A stretch of DNA of 29,884 nucleotides, from NCBI GenBank assembly GCA_033442325.1, contig JAWQFM010000030.1, positions 52,802 to 82,685 of the forward strand. Direction: 5' to 3'. The notes under the pieces are model-generated. The model saw only the letters and a list, made by a program, of their open reading frames with translations, ran no database searches and had not been told where the DNA came from. Source of the stretch: Salpingoeca rosetta. Taxonomy: Eukaryota; Protista; Choanoflagellata. The position numbers were made by a program, and so were the translations under genes. Shown here one piece after another: positions 10,404 through 23,423 of this stretch (positions are counted from its first letter, which is position 1; every line of letters begins with the position of its first letter).

Positions 10404-13400
10404 ATGGCCATTTTCCTCTCGCTGCTGACCGTCGCGTCAGTGTTGCTGGTGCGTGTGAGGCCGGCGTGCATGTGTGTATGTTCTTCCACTTTGACTCTGA
10501 GGCTCTTGGCTTCTTGTCTCGCGCTCAGCACTTGTTTTCTTGCTTTGTACTCCTATTGCGCGGCGTGCATGCGGACATGTGTTGTTGTACACACACTGAC
10601 TTTCTTGTCTTATTCTTTCTAGGTGGCCACTGGACAGCCGTCCGGCTTTCATGGCTGGTGCGTGCGTGTGCTGATGCTCATGTGACGTGGAGGGTGGTGG
10701 TGGTGGTGGTGGTCACGCATGTATGCGCTTGCAGCATTGTTCTCTGTGTCTTGGCAGCGTGTGTTCCCTCGTGGCGCAGTCTGCCTGCCTGAACAGTTTT
10801 CCCATGGCAAACACCACCGCTGCACACTGCACACTTCACACTGCTTGCTGCACATTGGACAAGTGCACACGTTCACCTTCCTTCTTCTGCGCTGCCTTAC
10901 ATTCACACGCCAACACAAAACAAACTCGTGCATGATTTGTGTCTGTTTGCAGGGCCAACAACTTTGGTGGCTATCTGAGTTTCACCTGCCCTTCCAACCA
11001 GGTCCTTGACGGCTGGTATGGCGTCTTCAGCAACAGCCGTCGTAAGTGCCTGCTTGGGGTTTGCTTGTTGTGATAGATTGCAATTGTGCCGTCCTGTTTG
11101 TTTGTTTGTCCTGCGTGCTTGTTGAATCAGCATCTCACCAACATGTATCTCTGTGTGTTGATGTGCACCCGCGTGACAGTTGACCGTCGCTACTCTTTCC
11201 GATGCACCAACGGTGAGACATGACAGCGAAGATGTGCCTTTGTGTGTGCGTGTGCGTGTGCGTGTGCCTATGCGATGGGTGCGGCCACATAGATGCCTGC
11301 TTCCATACGAACGCACCATCACCATTCTCATCCCCCACCTTCTGACCCCACCTCGTTTCCCTCCTGCCTTCAGTCAACTCCATCACGTACCGCAGCTTTG
11401 GTGGCTATGAGAACAGCTACTATGGCGGGTTCACAAAGACATACCCCAACGGTCAGGCCATCTACCGCATTCAGGCTGGCCACTCCGATGGCTACCGCGA
11501 TCGGTGAGAGAGAGAGTGTGTGTGTGTGTGTCTGGGCCGTTTGGTACACCTGTGTATCCCTTGTTATTGCTGCAGCCACGCTTCGGTCACTGTGTGTGCT
11601 TGCTCTTATGTGATCAGCGTGTCAGCAAACTGCTGACCCAAGTTGCTGGTCCATCTGTGTGCATTGCACCCTGTACACATGCTGATTAACGTGCACACCA
11701 CGATCGTCTGCTGCTGTCCCCCCCACACACACACACAGTCGTTGGCGCATTGGCTGTGCAGACCACACAAACAACAACGGCCCGTACCACAGCAGCTGCT
11801 CGTGGAGTGGATGGACCAACAACTGGCCCAGCTACTACCCATACTACTACTGGTTCCCCTTCTACTACGTAAGTAGTGAATGCTGTTATGTGTGAGTGAG
11901 TGTGTGCGTTCGGGGCAGGGGGTGGACAATCGTGCAAGGGAGGCTGTGATCATGACTACATGCACCACCACCCACACATACATATACACGCTTAGCTGTG
12001 TGAATGTTCATGACCTGTCTGGACCAACTCACCATGTGTTTGTGCGATGCTTGCTTGTGGTGTAGTACTTCTACTACTTCTACTCCCCCTTCTACTACTA
12101 CCACGTAAGACGCCCTGTTTTGTGCTTGCCCGTCGTTTGTACTGTGCATGCATGTGTGCACATGTGAACGCCTTCTTTGTGTCGCTGCCCCACAATCCCA
12201 TGTGACACAAGCTCTTCCACTCAACTCACATGACCGTCCTCCTCCTCCTGCCCGCGCCTGCGCCTGACTCTTGCAGTACCCCACGACCAGCTTCACGGCA
12301 AACAGCAAGTATGTGATCCACGGTGTGCAGTCCGACTTCAGCTACACCTTCCGTGACCGCCGCTGGCGCTTCTACCAGTGCCGCGTCTCCTGCCGCAGGT
12401 ACATGACTGCATACGTGTGTGTGCGCGCGTGTGTGTGTGGTTTTGTGTGTATAAATGTCTGCGCCTCCTCTGCTCACTCACCCACTCACTTATTGACATA
12501 CTCACGCCCGCGTCCACAACAGCGGATGGGTCCAGTCTGGTACCGAGTGCACGTGCCCAAGTGGTTCGTACCAGAGGGGCAACGATTGCGTCAGCAGCCG
12601 CAAGTGTGGCCGTGGCCAATACGCCGCCTCGTGAGTCAAAACCGCACGCGTGTCCTCTGCTTGAGCCTGCCTCCCTTGCAGAAGTGCACTGCACTGCGTT
12701 TCGCCGTGCATCGCTGCGCCGCCTCGTGAACACACATTTATTCACACACATTTATTCACACACGCACACACACACACACACTCACACACGCACACACATT
12801 CATGCACACACGCACACTCTCAATCCCTCTCACCTCTTAGCCTCTTCCCTCCCCGCTCTCCAAAACTCAGGTCCAGCAACAACCGCTACTGCTACGACTG
12901 CCGCCCTGGCACGTTCCAGTCTGACTCGTCACATACGGACACAACGTGCTCCTCCTGCCCCGCCGGCAAGTTCCAGGACGACTATGGCCGTGCCGACTGC
13001 GAGACCTGCCCCAGCTCCCAGTACAACCCATACACCGGACGCTCGTCGTGCCGTGACTGCTCCTCCGGCTACTACCGCAGCAGCCCCAGCACGCAGACGC
13101 GCTGCCAACCCGGATACCGCTGCCCTGGCTCGTGCTCCCGCATTGCATGCTCCCCAGGCACATACCAGAACAGCTACCGCCAGGTGTCGTGCAAGTCCTG
13201 CGAGGCTGGCAAGTACCAGACCGAGTCTGGCGCGTCCAGCTGCAACAACTGCGCCAACGGCTACTACACCACCTCTGCCGCGTCTGCCCCCAGGCGCTGT
13301 CAGCCCGGCTTTGCCTGCAGCTCGTGCAACCGCCGCGCGTGCAACGGCGAATTCTACCAGAATGCGGCCGGCGAATCCGAGTAAGTTCATCAAGCATACG

Positions 13401-16400
13401 AGTTAGTGTCGTTGGATGCACCACAACTGTGAGTGTGTGTACTTGTTGTGCACTTGTGTCAACCCTGGAGATGACGTGATATGGCTGTGTGTGCATGAGC
13501 CACCAAAGTGTCAAGCAGTGCGCTGTTGTTGTCTCCCCTGCCTTTGTTTTGCTTTCGTACCCTTACGCTTCCACTCACCACAACCTCACAACCCTACAAC
13601 CTCCTCCACCGAACCCCTCCACCAACCCCTTTATTCAGCTGCAAGCGCGCAAGCCAGTGTGGTGCTGGCCAGTACGTGAGCCGTGGCCCGTCACAGACAA
13701 CGGACCGCGTGTGCGGCTCGTGCTCTCTGGGCCGCACGTACCAGGACGCCAGCTCCCACACCTTTGGCAGCTGCAAGCCCGTGCGCAACTGCCCTGCTGG
13801 TACCTTTGTCGCCGCGGACCCCACCCTCAGCTCCGACCGCGTGTGCGGCAAGTGCCAGGAAGGCACATACTCCTCGGGCGTCAACGCGAAGCAGTGCGAG
13901 GACATTGGCACGTGCGATGCTGGCGAGTACGCCTTCTTCGCCTCGTCCACCTCGGGCGTGGACTGCCGCGCCTGCGCGCTTGGCTCCACCTACCAGGATG
14001 AGACAAACCACAACCGCCAGTCCTGCAAGACTGTGTCTCCCGAGTGCCCGGCGGGCCAGTTTCAGGCCGTTGCTCCAACCCGCTCCAACGACCGCGTCTG
14101 CAACGACTGTCACCCAGGTACCTTCTCTGATCGCCCTGGCGGTGACGAGTGCGACCCTCACACGCAGTGCGGTGCCGGTTTCATCGAGACCAGCCCCGCC
14201 ACGCCGACCTCCGACCGCGCCTGCCGTCGCTGCAACGGCGTCACGCAGTACCAGGACGAACTGCACCAGGCCTCGTGCAAGACCGTGCGCACGTGCTCTT
14301 CCACCCAGTACGAGACCACGGCGCCCAGCCCCTCCAACAACAGGGTGTGCGCCTCTTGCACCACCTCCTGCCCCAGCGGCAAGGTGCTTGTCGGCACCTG
14401 CGGTCCCACCACCGACAAGCGGTGCGAGTCGTGCCACCCGTCGTGCGCCACGTGTGACGGCACCACGGAGAACGACTGCCTCTCTTGCGCCGACTCAAGC
14501 CTCACCCTTCTGGACGGCCGCTGTGTCAACCCTGACTGCGGCGAAGGCGAATACCGCGACGGCGCAACCTGCAAGCCGTGTGACTCCTCTTGCGCCGAGT
14601 GTGACGGTGTGTGTGTGTTGTGTGCCGTGTTGTTGCTGTGTTGCGTGTGGGCGTGTGTTTGTTGCGTTGCTCGGTCTGCGTTGGGGGTTGCTGACGTCGC
14701 CCAGCTTGTTCCTGGTTCACTACTGATCACATATCACATGACTCCACACGTCAACACACAAAACACCACGCCCCAACACGACCACTCCAACCACTGACTC
14801 ACTCACTCTTTTTTGAACCACTCACCTCCCTCACCCCTTCCCTTTGTAGGCGCCGGTTCGAACCGCTGCATCTCGTGCAAGGGCGATCGCTACCTTGATG
14901 GCAACTCGTGCGTGACCAAGTGTCCGACTGGGTACTTCAAGTTCACCAACAGCGAGCGCGACAACGTCTGCCGCCGCTGCACCAGCTGTGATGACGGTAC
15001 GTTTGCCTCGACCCCTTGCGATGGCAGCACCTTCACCGACACGCAGTGCAGCCCATGGAGCACGTGCGACGAGGGCGAGGAGGAGGACACTCCACCCAAC
15101 AGCGTTCGCGACCGCGTGTGCCGCAAATGCGAGGCGGACAAGGAATACCAGGACCAGCCTGGCAAGCTCTTCTGCAAGTCTGTCAGCGTGTGCCAGCACG
15201 GCCAGTACGTGTCAACCGAACCCACCCTGACCACCGACCGCCAGTGTTCCGCTTGTGGCACGGGCACCTTCACCAATTCGGAGAACGCCGCGCGCTGCCT
15301 GCCCTGTGCTGCAGGTTCATTCCAGGACGAGACAAACTCCCCAAGCTGCCAGGAATGCGGCATCGGCATGTACGAGCCCGAGCAGGGCCAGACGCAGTGC
15401 GCGGAGATCCCGCCCGGCTACTACGGCGTCGGCGGCACCATCTCCACCCGCACGGGCATTGCCGAGTGCCCGCGTGGCTACTACTGCCTCGGCGGCTCCC
15501 ACGACAAGCAGGCCTGCCCGCCCAACCAGTACCAGTCCGAGACCGGCCAGAGCCAGTGCGTGGACCTCACCGTGTGCGGCGATGGCGAGCTTGTCTCCAA
15601 GGAGCCCACCAGCATCAGCGACCGCGAGTGCTCCCCTTGCCCCGACGGCACGTACCAGGACGACAACGACCACGACATGACCGAGTGCATTCCCTGGACC
15701 ACCTGTCCCGTCGGCACCCACATCTCTACCACAGGCAACGCTCGCCGCGACCAGTCGTGTGCCAGCTGCGACGCCCCGGAGACGTTCCAGGATAAGGAGA
15801 ACCAGCGCACGTGCAGGCCCGTCTCAGACTGCCCCGTCGGCACGGCTGAGCTTGTTGGCCCCACCCCCACCTCCGACCGCAAGTGCCGCGCTTGCCAGGT
15901 CGGTACCAACTACGCCGATGACACGGGCCTGGAGATTTGCAAGCCCGTCACCAACTGCCGCCCCGGCACGCGCGAGGTGGCCGCCCCAACAGCCAGCTCG
16001 GACCGCGTGTGCCAGGCCTGTGAGCCCAACACGTACACAGAGTCAGAGAACGAGAAGACGTGCCGTCCACACACGCTGTGCGGCGCCAGCGAGAAGGAGG
16101 TGGAGGAGCCCACCACTTCCAGCAACCGCCGCTGCGTGCGTTCTCAAGTAGGATATTCAGTGTAATAACTATGTGCTTGTTGCCCCAACACCTCACAAAA
16201 ATGTGCTACCATTGCCTCACCTCCACAATACCCGTTCCCCCACCCACTCTATTCCCTCATGTCAATTCGAACAGGGCTGCACTGGACCGGCAATTGACGA
16301 GTGCACGGCCTGCGGACCCAACCTGCAGCTGCGCAACGGCCGCTGCATCAGTGAGTGCCCCGATGGCGAGTATGAGCTCGGCAATGGATGTGCTGAATGC

Positions 16401-19380
16401 CACTCCACGTGTGCCGACTGTGATGGCCCGGACGCCACCAACTGCCTCCTGTGCGACGGCAACCTCAACCTCTGGGTCGACGAGCAAGGCCAGTCGTGCA
16501 TTGCCGATTGCCCTCCCGGCTACTACGCCAAGGACCACCGCTGCGTGCCATGCACCTCATGTGGCATGGGCACCTGGGCCTCCACCCCATGCTCCGCGTC
16601 ATCCGACGCCGTCTGCTCTCCCTGGACCGAGTGCAAGCCTGGCCAGAAGGAGTCCGTCTGTCTCTGGCAACGCCGTGCGCGACCGCGCGTGCGTGAGCTG
16701 CACCCTCGGCATGGAGTACCAGCCGCTGCCGGGCCGCACCTCGTGCTTCCCCACCAGCGTGTGCGAGGAGCCCTTCATCGAGACCATCCCGCCCACGCTC
16801 ACCACGGACCGCCTGTGCTCCTGTGACACGCTCACCTGCAACAAGTTCATCACGCAGCTGTTTGAGGAGATGGTGTGCGCCGAGCCCACGGACAAGCAGT
16901 TCGACGTCGTGCTTGATGTGTGCTGCTCCGGCCAGGGCGAGGATGGCATCCGCGACACCATTCGCCAGATGGACGCCTACGAGGCACGCCGTTCCTGCCC
17001 GGGTTGCACAGACACGTGCGAGTGCAGCGCTGGCTTCATCCTTGTCTTCGACGCCGACTCGGCTGACTGCCGCCCGTGCGACGGCGTGACGGAGTTCTCC
17101 CCATCCATTGGTGGCAGCAAATGTGAGCCCATTGAGGAGTGCGAGCGCGGCCAAGAGGAGGTGTCCGCGCCAACCTGCTGCTCCTCGGACCGCGTGTGCC
17201 GCGACTGCCTAGCCGGCACCATCGACAAAGACAGCGCCGGCTCCACGGGTTGTCAGATGTGCCCCGCCGGCCACTACACGGAGGCGGGCTTCCACGGCTC
17301 CTGCTCCAGCTTCACCTGCCGCGCAGGCACCCACGACCACGACAGCGACGCCGCCACGCCGTGCCAGCCGTGCGTCTTTGGTATCACGTACCAGGACGAG
17401 GAGGGCCAGACCACGTGCAAGGACGTGACAGAGTGCGCGCCCGGTTTTGAGGAAGTGCAAGCGATGACGCTTATCAGCGACCGCGTCTGCGACGAGTGCC
17501 CAGAGGGCACATACAAGGCTATCTCTGGCCAGGGCGTGCCCTGCCTCCCCGTCACCACGTGCGATGCTGGCGACGAAGAGACGGCCGAGCCCACCCCCAC
17601 GAGCGACCGCGTGTGCAGCCAGTGCGAGCTTGGCGCCACCTTCAAGCCCGTCGACGGCCAGGCCGAGTCGTGCCGCCCCGTCACGCAGTGCGGCCCGGAT
17701 GAGGAAGAGATTCGCGAGCCCACGCGCCAGCATGACCGCCTCTGCCGCAAGTGCGTCCAGGACATTACCTACCGCCCCGCCGGCTCAGACACGTGCGTGC
17801 CCGTGTCGCGTTGCGCGGCCTCAGAGTACAATTCCACGCACGCCACGCTCACCACGGATGTGGAGTGCACGGCCGTGAGCAACTGTGAGTTTTGGCACCT
17901 TCCAGAGCCAGGCGCCCACGCTCGACTCTGACCGCGAGTACGCTGGAGTGTTCCGAGTGCCCCAGTGGCCGCTACGAGATTCGCGCCTGCTCTGCGCTGG
18001 AGAACGTGCAGTGCGCCGGTTGCTCTGCGTGCCCGCCGAACACATACATCCTGCGCGCATGCGACTCGGAGAATGACGTGTCGTGCCAGCAGTGCAGCAC
18101 GTGCTCTGATGAGCAGTACCGCAGCGCACCATGCACCGCCACCAGCGACACGGAGTGCACGACGCTCGACGTGTGCGACCAGGACCAGTTTGAGCTGTTC
18201 CCCGCCACACCAACCACGGACCGCATCTGCCGCGACCTGAGCCAGCGCAACCCGACGACGGAGTACGAGCGCACCGCCTGTGCCACCTCATTTCCAAGTG
18301 CGACCCTGGCGAGCAGCGCATCCGCGCGCCCACCTCCACCTCCGACGCCAAGTGCGAGCCGTGCCCCATCGGCACCACCGACCACGACCGCAACCCGCTC
18401 ACCGCCTGCCAGCCGTGTCCCTATGGCCACTATGTGCCTACGGGATCCATCGGCTCCTGCGAGCAGTTCCTGTGCCCAGCCGGCACCGCCGACCTGGACC
18501 GCAACGCCAGCACGCCGTGCACGCCGTGCCAGGCTGGCGTGGACTTTGCCGCCCTCTCTGGCCAACGCGATTGCACGCCTGTGACGGAGTGCGACCTCAG
18601 CTGTCATCAGGGGGTGCGCCCTACCATGCACCCCACCATCTTCACGGACCGCCAGTGCCGCCGCTGCATCGAGGGCCTGTTCTACCGCGACAGCAACATG
18701 GACTTCTGCACACGCGAGTGTCGCCCTGTGAGCCTGGCTCGTTTGAGACGGCAGCGCCCACCACCATCAGCACGGACCGCGAGTGCCAGATGGGCCACAC
18801 GTGCCCCAACAACACCACGTTCATCTCGCGCCCGCTCACGCCCACGACGTAGAACCACAGGCATCTGCTCGCCGTGCACGCAGTGCCTGTGCAACAAAGT
18901 ACGAACTCGTTGCGCCGTCGCTGGTCAACGACCGTGAGTGCCAGCGAGTATGCGCTCGTGCCAGGACACGGAGTGCGAGGTGTCGGCGCCCACAGCCACG
19001 ACGGACCGCCTCTGGGCCACCATCAGCACCTGCCCCATGGAGCAGTTTGAGGTGCTCCCGCCCACCACCACCTCGGACCGTGCGTGCGCGCCCGCGTACT
19101 CTGTCTCGCTCATCTTTGATGCCAAGTTCAACGCCCTTGCCGGCACACAGTCGCGCCGCGAGGCGTTTGAGGCCGCGCTGGTGCAGTCCATCAACACGAC
19201 GCAGGACGCGTCGCAGATTCATTCTGCGCATCGACCTGCGCCAGGGCTCCATCATTGCTACCATCCCCTCCCTGAACGAGGACATTACGGCGTGCCTCTT
19301 CAACCGGTCCGTCTCTTGTGACATGACCGTCATGGCCTTCACCGCATCGCCGTGCGAGGCCGACGCGTTCCTGGAACCTC
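10404..19380 (+). CDS. Large secreted/cell-surface cysteine-rich protein (signal peptide, dermatopontin-like domain, TNFR/furin-like Cys repeats, SEA-like domain); 3' part frameshifted and end unresolved
   Basis: Phase-consistent exons: 10404-10448 (MAIFLSLLTVASVLL), 10623-10657, 10953-11041, 11180-11212, 11374-11503, 11739-11868, 12066-12104, 12277-12398, 12523-12630, 12871-13380, 13639-14606, 14850-~16135, 16275-~19380. Apparent frameshifts near 16660, 17890-17950, 18245-18300, 18590-18960 and 19215. Confidence 0.8.
10623..12398 (+). other. Dermatopontin-like three-repeat domain
   Basis: The spliced product has three repeats: GWANNFGGYLSFTCPSNQVLDGWYGVFSNSRLDRRYSFRC; GYENSYYGGFTKTYPNGQAIYRIQAGHSDGYRDRRWRIGC; WSGWTNNW...SFTANSKYVIHGVQSDFSYTFRDRRWRFYQC. 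The DRxW/YxFxC motif is characteristic of dermatopontin and amebocyte aggregation factor proteins. Confidence 0.7.
12523..19095 (+). repeat. Tandem Cys-rich protein repeats (TNFR-like / ephrin-receptor-like / furin-like)
   Basis: Dozens of units of the form C..G......PT.TSDR.C..C..G.YQD......C, interspersed with furin-like units such as CHPSCATCDGTTENDCLSC, CDSSCAECDG and CHSTCADCDGPDATNCLLC. Confidence 0.85.
19096..19330 (+). other. SEA-like module with GSII motif
   Basis: YSVSLIFDAKFNALAGTQSRREAFEAALVQSINTT followed, after a frameshift, by FILRIDLRQGSIIATI (GS at 19245-19250). This resembles the SEA beta-alpha-beta fold and its GSVVV motif. Confidence 0.5.
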
Positions 19381-19479
19381 GTCTTTTTGATTGTACGCGT
19401 GCACACGTAATCGCACCCATCACGCACACACCAACTGCTGCAGCCACTCACACGCACGCACGCTTGCAATTTCACGTGG

Positions 19480-21340
19480 ACGCCACATCCCGACATCAAC
19501 CACAACAGCAGCCGCCACCATTGCACCTGTTGTGATCGCGTGCTGCCAGTACACACCACCTTCACCTCCCACATCATCATCATCATCATCGTCCCAGCAC
19601 TGCTGCCACCACTACCCACCACCAACGACAGCAACGAGCTCAGGGCATCTAATGCTGTTGGCTCTTGGACCATCACGGCGCTGTTGGAAGAAACGCTAGC
19701 AGCAGCAGTGGTTGTGGTGGTCGTGGTGCACGCCATGGCAACAGCAGCGACAGCTGATGAGGTGGTGGTGGTGAATGTGGTGGTGCTTGCATTCCTCACG
19801 AGTTCCAGCAACAGCAAGGAGGTGGCCATCGTGCTTCTGGTGAGCACGCATGTGCTGGGTGTTGTTGGTGCCACCGCTGACAACAGCAGTTGTTGCGGTG
19901 AGCGACAACGGCGATGAAGAAGAAGATGGATGTATGTGGTGGGGCATGGTACGCAGCCAACCTTCCTTTGTGGTTGGCTGTGCAATTGGCGTGCGCACAC
20001 AGATAGTGGCGATGACGAGACGGCTGCCAATCAAATCACTTCCCACCTGAGAAACCACCGCATCGTGGCTCATGCACGCGTGCACGTCGTTCTTCCTTCA
20101 GACCAGCCATCGACAGTGCAGCGTTGCTGTGTGCCACGCGGTGCTTGATGATGCGTCGTTGTTGTTGTCACTGCGTCGGCTGTTTGTTAACACGTATGCC
20201 GTGCATGCCCACCTTCCTTCCTCCCTCCCTTCCTTCCTTCCTTGCTGTTCTCTGCTCTGCCATTCTCCCTTGCCAGTGTGTGTTTGGTCGCTGGTTGCAG
20301 TGTTGTGATGATTCTACCTTGCATGTTCAATCGTTCTCCAACAACAATACATTGGAACAGAGCAAAGACATGAAGAGATGACAACAGCCCTCACACACGG
20401 GCACACACGCAACACCAACACGCACATCCAAGCAAGAGAGGAAGGCAGAACCAGAGACACAGCACAGCTCAAGATAACAGCCACATCGCATGGTGCCACT
20501 TGCAGTGCAGCCAAACAGCCAAGTGCAAGGGGGTCTGCAACAACGACAACAAGGGCGCAGTCATCCACAAGCCACCACTGTGTGTCAGGAGTGCTGCAGG
20601 GCACAGAAGACCCACAACGCAGGTCAGTCGACGACGCTATTGTTGCTGCGGCTGCTCTTGAACGCCTCGCACCAGTCCTTCAAGCAAGTCCCTCCAGTGT
20701 CAGCTGCACTTGGTTGCCGTCCTTGTCTGCTGGTGGTGCTGTCATCTGCACCGTGTCTCGTGGATGGCCTGCGTGATGAAGCAGAACGCGTCCAGCACCA
20801 CCACGACGGTGTCAGAGGGAAAGAAGTCGACGCTGCCGCGCACATCCATCAAGCCTGTTTGTGTGGTTCACAACACGAATCCACGCACGCGCAAGGCAGT
20901 ACCAGCAAGAGTGAGTGAGCGAGGTGTGTATGTGGGTGTGTGTGTGTGCGTGAGTGTGCGTGCATCAACGCAGGTGATGTGGAGAACACGCATGAGGAGC
21001 TGCAAGCGTGCCATCACATGGAAGCAAACCATCATCAGGAGGCAAAACACGCATGGACTCACTCACAAGCAAGGATGACGCAGCCACTTGCCACTGCCAT
21101 GGCCTCATGCATCGACGATGCCGTCGCCAGGCAGTGAGCCAGCTAGCCAGCTTTCAGTCAGGAAGGGAGTGTCCAACATCGTCGTGGGGGCAGCAGGCTA
21201 AGGGGGATCTTGCACGACTCTTCTCATGTGATTCGCACCACTGCCACCACACCCTTGTCGTTGTCAGCGCATGCTGCTGGTGCTGCTGCTGCTGCTGTGT
21301 TGGCGAGCAAGGCGAGGGAGATGGTCATTCATTCTGGTTG
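19480..21340 (-). pseudogene. Possible degenerate spliced gene on the minus strand, product unknown
   Basis: Coding-like minus-strand fragments: LMDVRGSVDFFPSDTVVVVLDAFCFITQAIHETRCR then a stop; CLLMMVCFHVMARLQLLMRVLHITC; and an S/T/A-rich tract at 19560-19900. There is a GTGAGT donor at 21066-21061, but no coherent model could be built. Confidence 0.25.
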
Positions 21341-22225
21341 CCACCGCGTTGGTGAGCGTAGCCACTACCGCTGATCCATGCATGGAGTGCAATGGTGGCT
21401 GGTGGTTGGTTGAGTGTGGTTGGTTGGTTGAGTGAGATGTGAGTGAGTGTTGGAGAGGGAAGGGGAACACGGGCTGAGGGGACGGAGGAAGGAAGGAGGA
21501 AGGAGGGTGGAAAGAAGGGAAATGGTGCTGTGGGTGGTGGAGGTTGTGTAGTCACACCAGTCGCACCAGTCAGTCAGTGGGAGAGAGAAGAGAGGGAAAG
21601 GAAAGGAAGTGGTGCACACTTCTGCACGTGGCATGGAGCAGCAGCACTCTCACCAGAGCAGAGAAGAGAGAGGAGAGAGGAGGGGAGAGGAGGGGAGAGA
21701 CTGAGAGAGGAGAGGGGAGAGGAGGCACTGCAGCACAGTCAATTCATCCACTGGCTGGTTGGGTGGTTTGTTGAGAGTGGTGGTTGTTGTGGGGAAAAAC
21801 AAACAAAGGAGAAGGAAGGAAAGGACAGCTGGCTGGCTGCATTGTGGAGGAAGATATGGGGAGTTTTCGTGGCTGGCGAGAGAGGAATGGTGGTGGAAGT
21901 CTTGATGTACTTTTCGTGGGGTGCGCCCAAGAAAGGCACACAGCAAGCAACACAAGAAGAGAAGGGAATCAGCAAGCACTGCAAGCAGGCGTGGGTTGTT
22001 TGGTTTGTGGTGTGTCCTCTCCAACTCCATTTCTAGATTTCTGCGTCGTTCCAGGTCTCACAGCACCCCAGCCACAACAAACAACAAGCAAGGGACAGAA
22101 GAGGGCAGAGAGGGAGGAGGAGAACAGACAAGGAGGAGACAGGGGAGATGGGTGACACCCACAGCAAGGCAGAGGGAGAGGGAAGAGAACCTGCCAACGC
22201 AAAGAACGCAAAAACAACAACAGCC

Positions 22226-23346
22226 ATGTCCGGCGGAGAGAAGTGGACGAGGGAGGAGCTGGAAGCCTTGCTGGCACAGACGAAGATGTGGCAAAGGGTG
22301 AAGGACAAGATCAGGGCCATCGCCAACAACACGTGTGGGGAAGCTGTCGAGTGAGTGCGAGCAACAACGACATGACATGTGTGTGCATGTTGGAGAAAAG
22401 AAAGAAGAGCACTCGCTGTGCTTCTTGACCACCCTGCTTCGCACGTCCTTGTCTTGCTTGAGTTGTTGTGTGTTGCTTGGCGTTCCTGTGCTTGCGTGTC
22501 CGATCGCACAACCTGGCCACATAAACGGAGAGTGTGTTTGTGGCAGTTTGTGACCTGCACCCTCACGTTTGCTCTCTTTCACTCTCATGACACACGATTT
22601 TGAATCACAGCTTCATGGGTGCTTCCTTTGACGCCGTTGGGGCGCGTGCAGTGGCCGAGGCGCTCAAGGACAACACCTGCGTCAAACGACTCTTGTACGC
22701 GGTGATGTGAGCTGCATTGTATGACACGCATGGTTGATTGTGTTGGTGTTGCATGCTCCTCCTCATTCATGTCTCTTCTTCTTCACACTTTGGATGTGCT
22801 CAACTTTGCTGCCTGCATTCTTGTGTGCACAGCCTGCGTGACAACTCCATCGGCCCTGAAGGCGCCGTAGCGTTGGCGGAGATGCTGAAGCACAACACAA
22901 CCATCACAGTACTTTTGTGAGTGTGAGCGCACACGTGCATTGAAAGACACTTGCTTTGAACATATGCTTGTGTGTGCTTGTATGGTTTTGTGTGTGCAGG
23001 TTCAACGGCTGTTTGCCACCCACTGTGCCCGTCACCCACTCATCACTCATCACCACCGCGTATGCTGTCATCCACCTCCTCCTCTCTCGTGTGTGTGTGT
23101 ACAGCCTGGATAGCAACTCCATCGGCGACGAGGGCGCCATGGCGTTGGCGGAGGTGCTGAAGCACAGCACGCCCCTTAAAGGACTTTAGTAAGTGTGGGC
23201 ATGTACATGCATTGCGAGACATTCGCTTGGAGCATGCGTGCGTGTGTGTTCCTGTGTGCAGACTCAACGACTGTTCACCACCTACTGTGCCCGTCACCCA
23301 CTCATCCCTCCTCATCACCGGGTATGTCATCAACCACTCGCTCCTA

Positions 23347-23423
<77 letters not shown>

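Noticed and set aside
12929-18631. Many long antisense and alternative-frame ORFs over the Cys-rich gene
   Set aside because: They are shadows of GC-rich coding sequence with no independent protein motifs.
19540-19917. Val-rich plus-strand ORF as the transmembrane anchor of the Cys-rich gene
   Set aside because: It derives from GTG/GGT low-complexity repeats, is better explained as the antisense of a Thr-rich tract, and has no convincing splice link to the gene.
21400-22220. GA-rich ORFs upstream of Roco B
   Set aside because: This is purine-rich low-complexity intergenic or leader sequence, and the translations are compositionally biased with no motifs.
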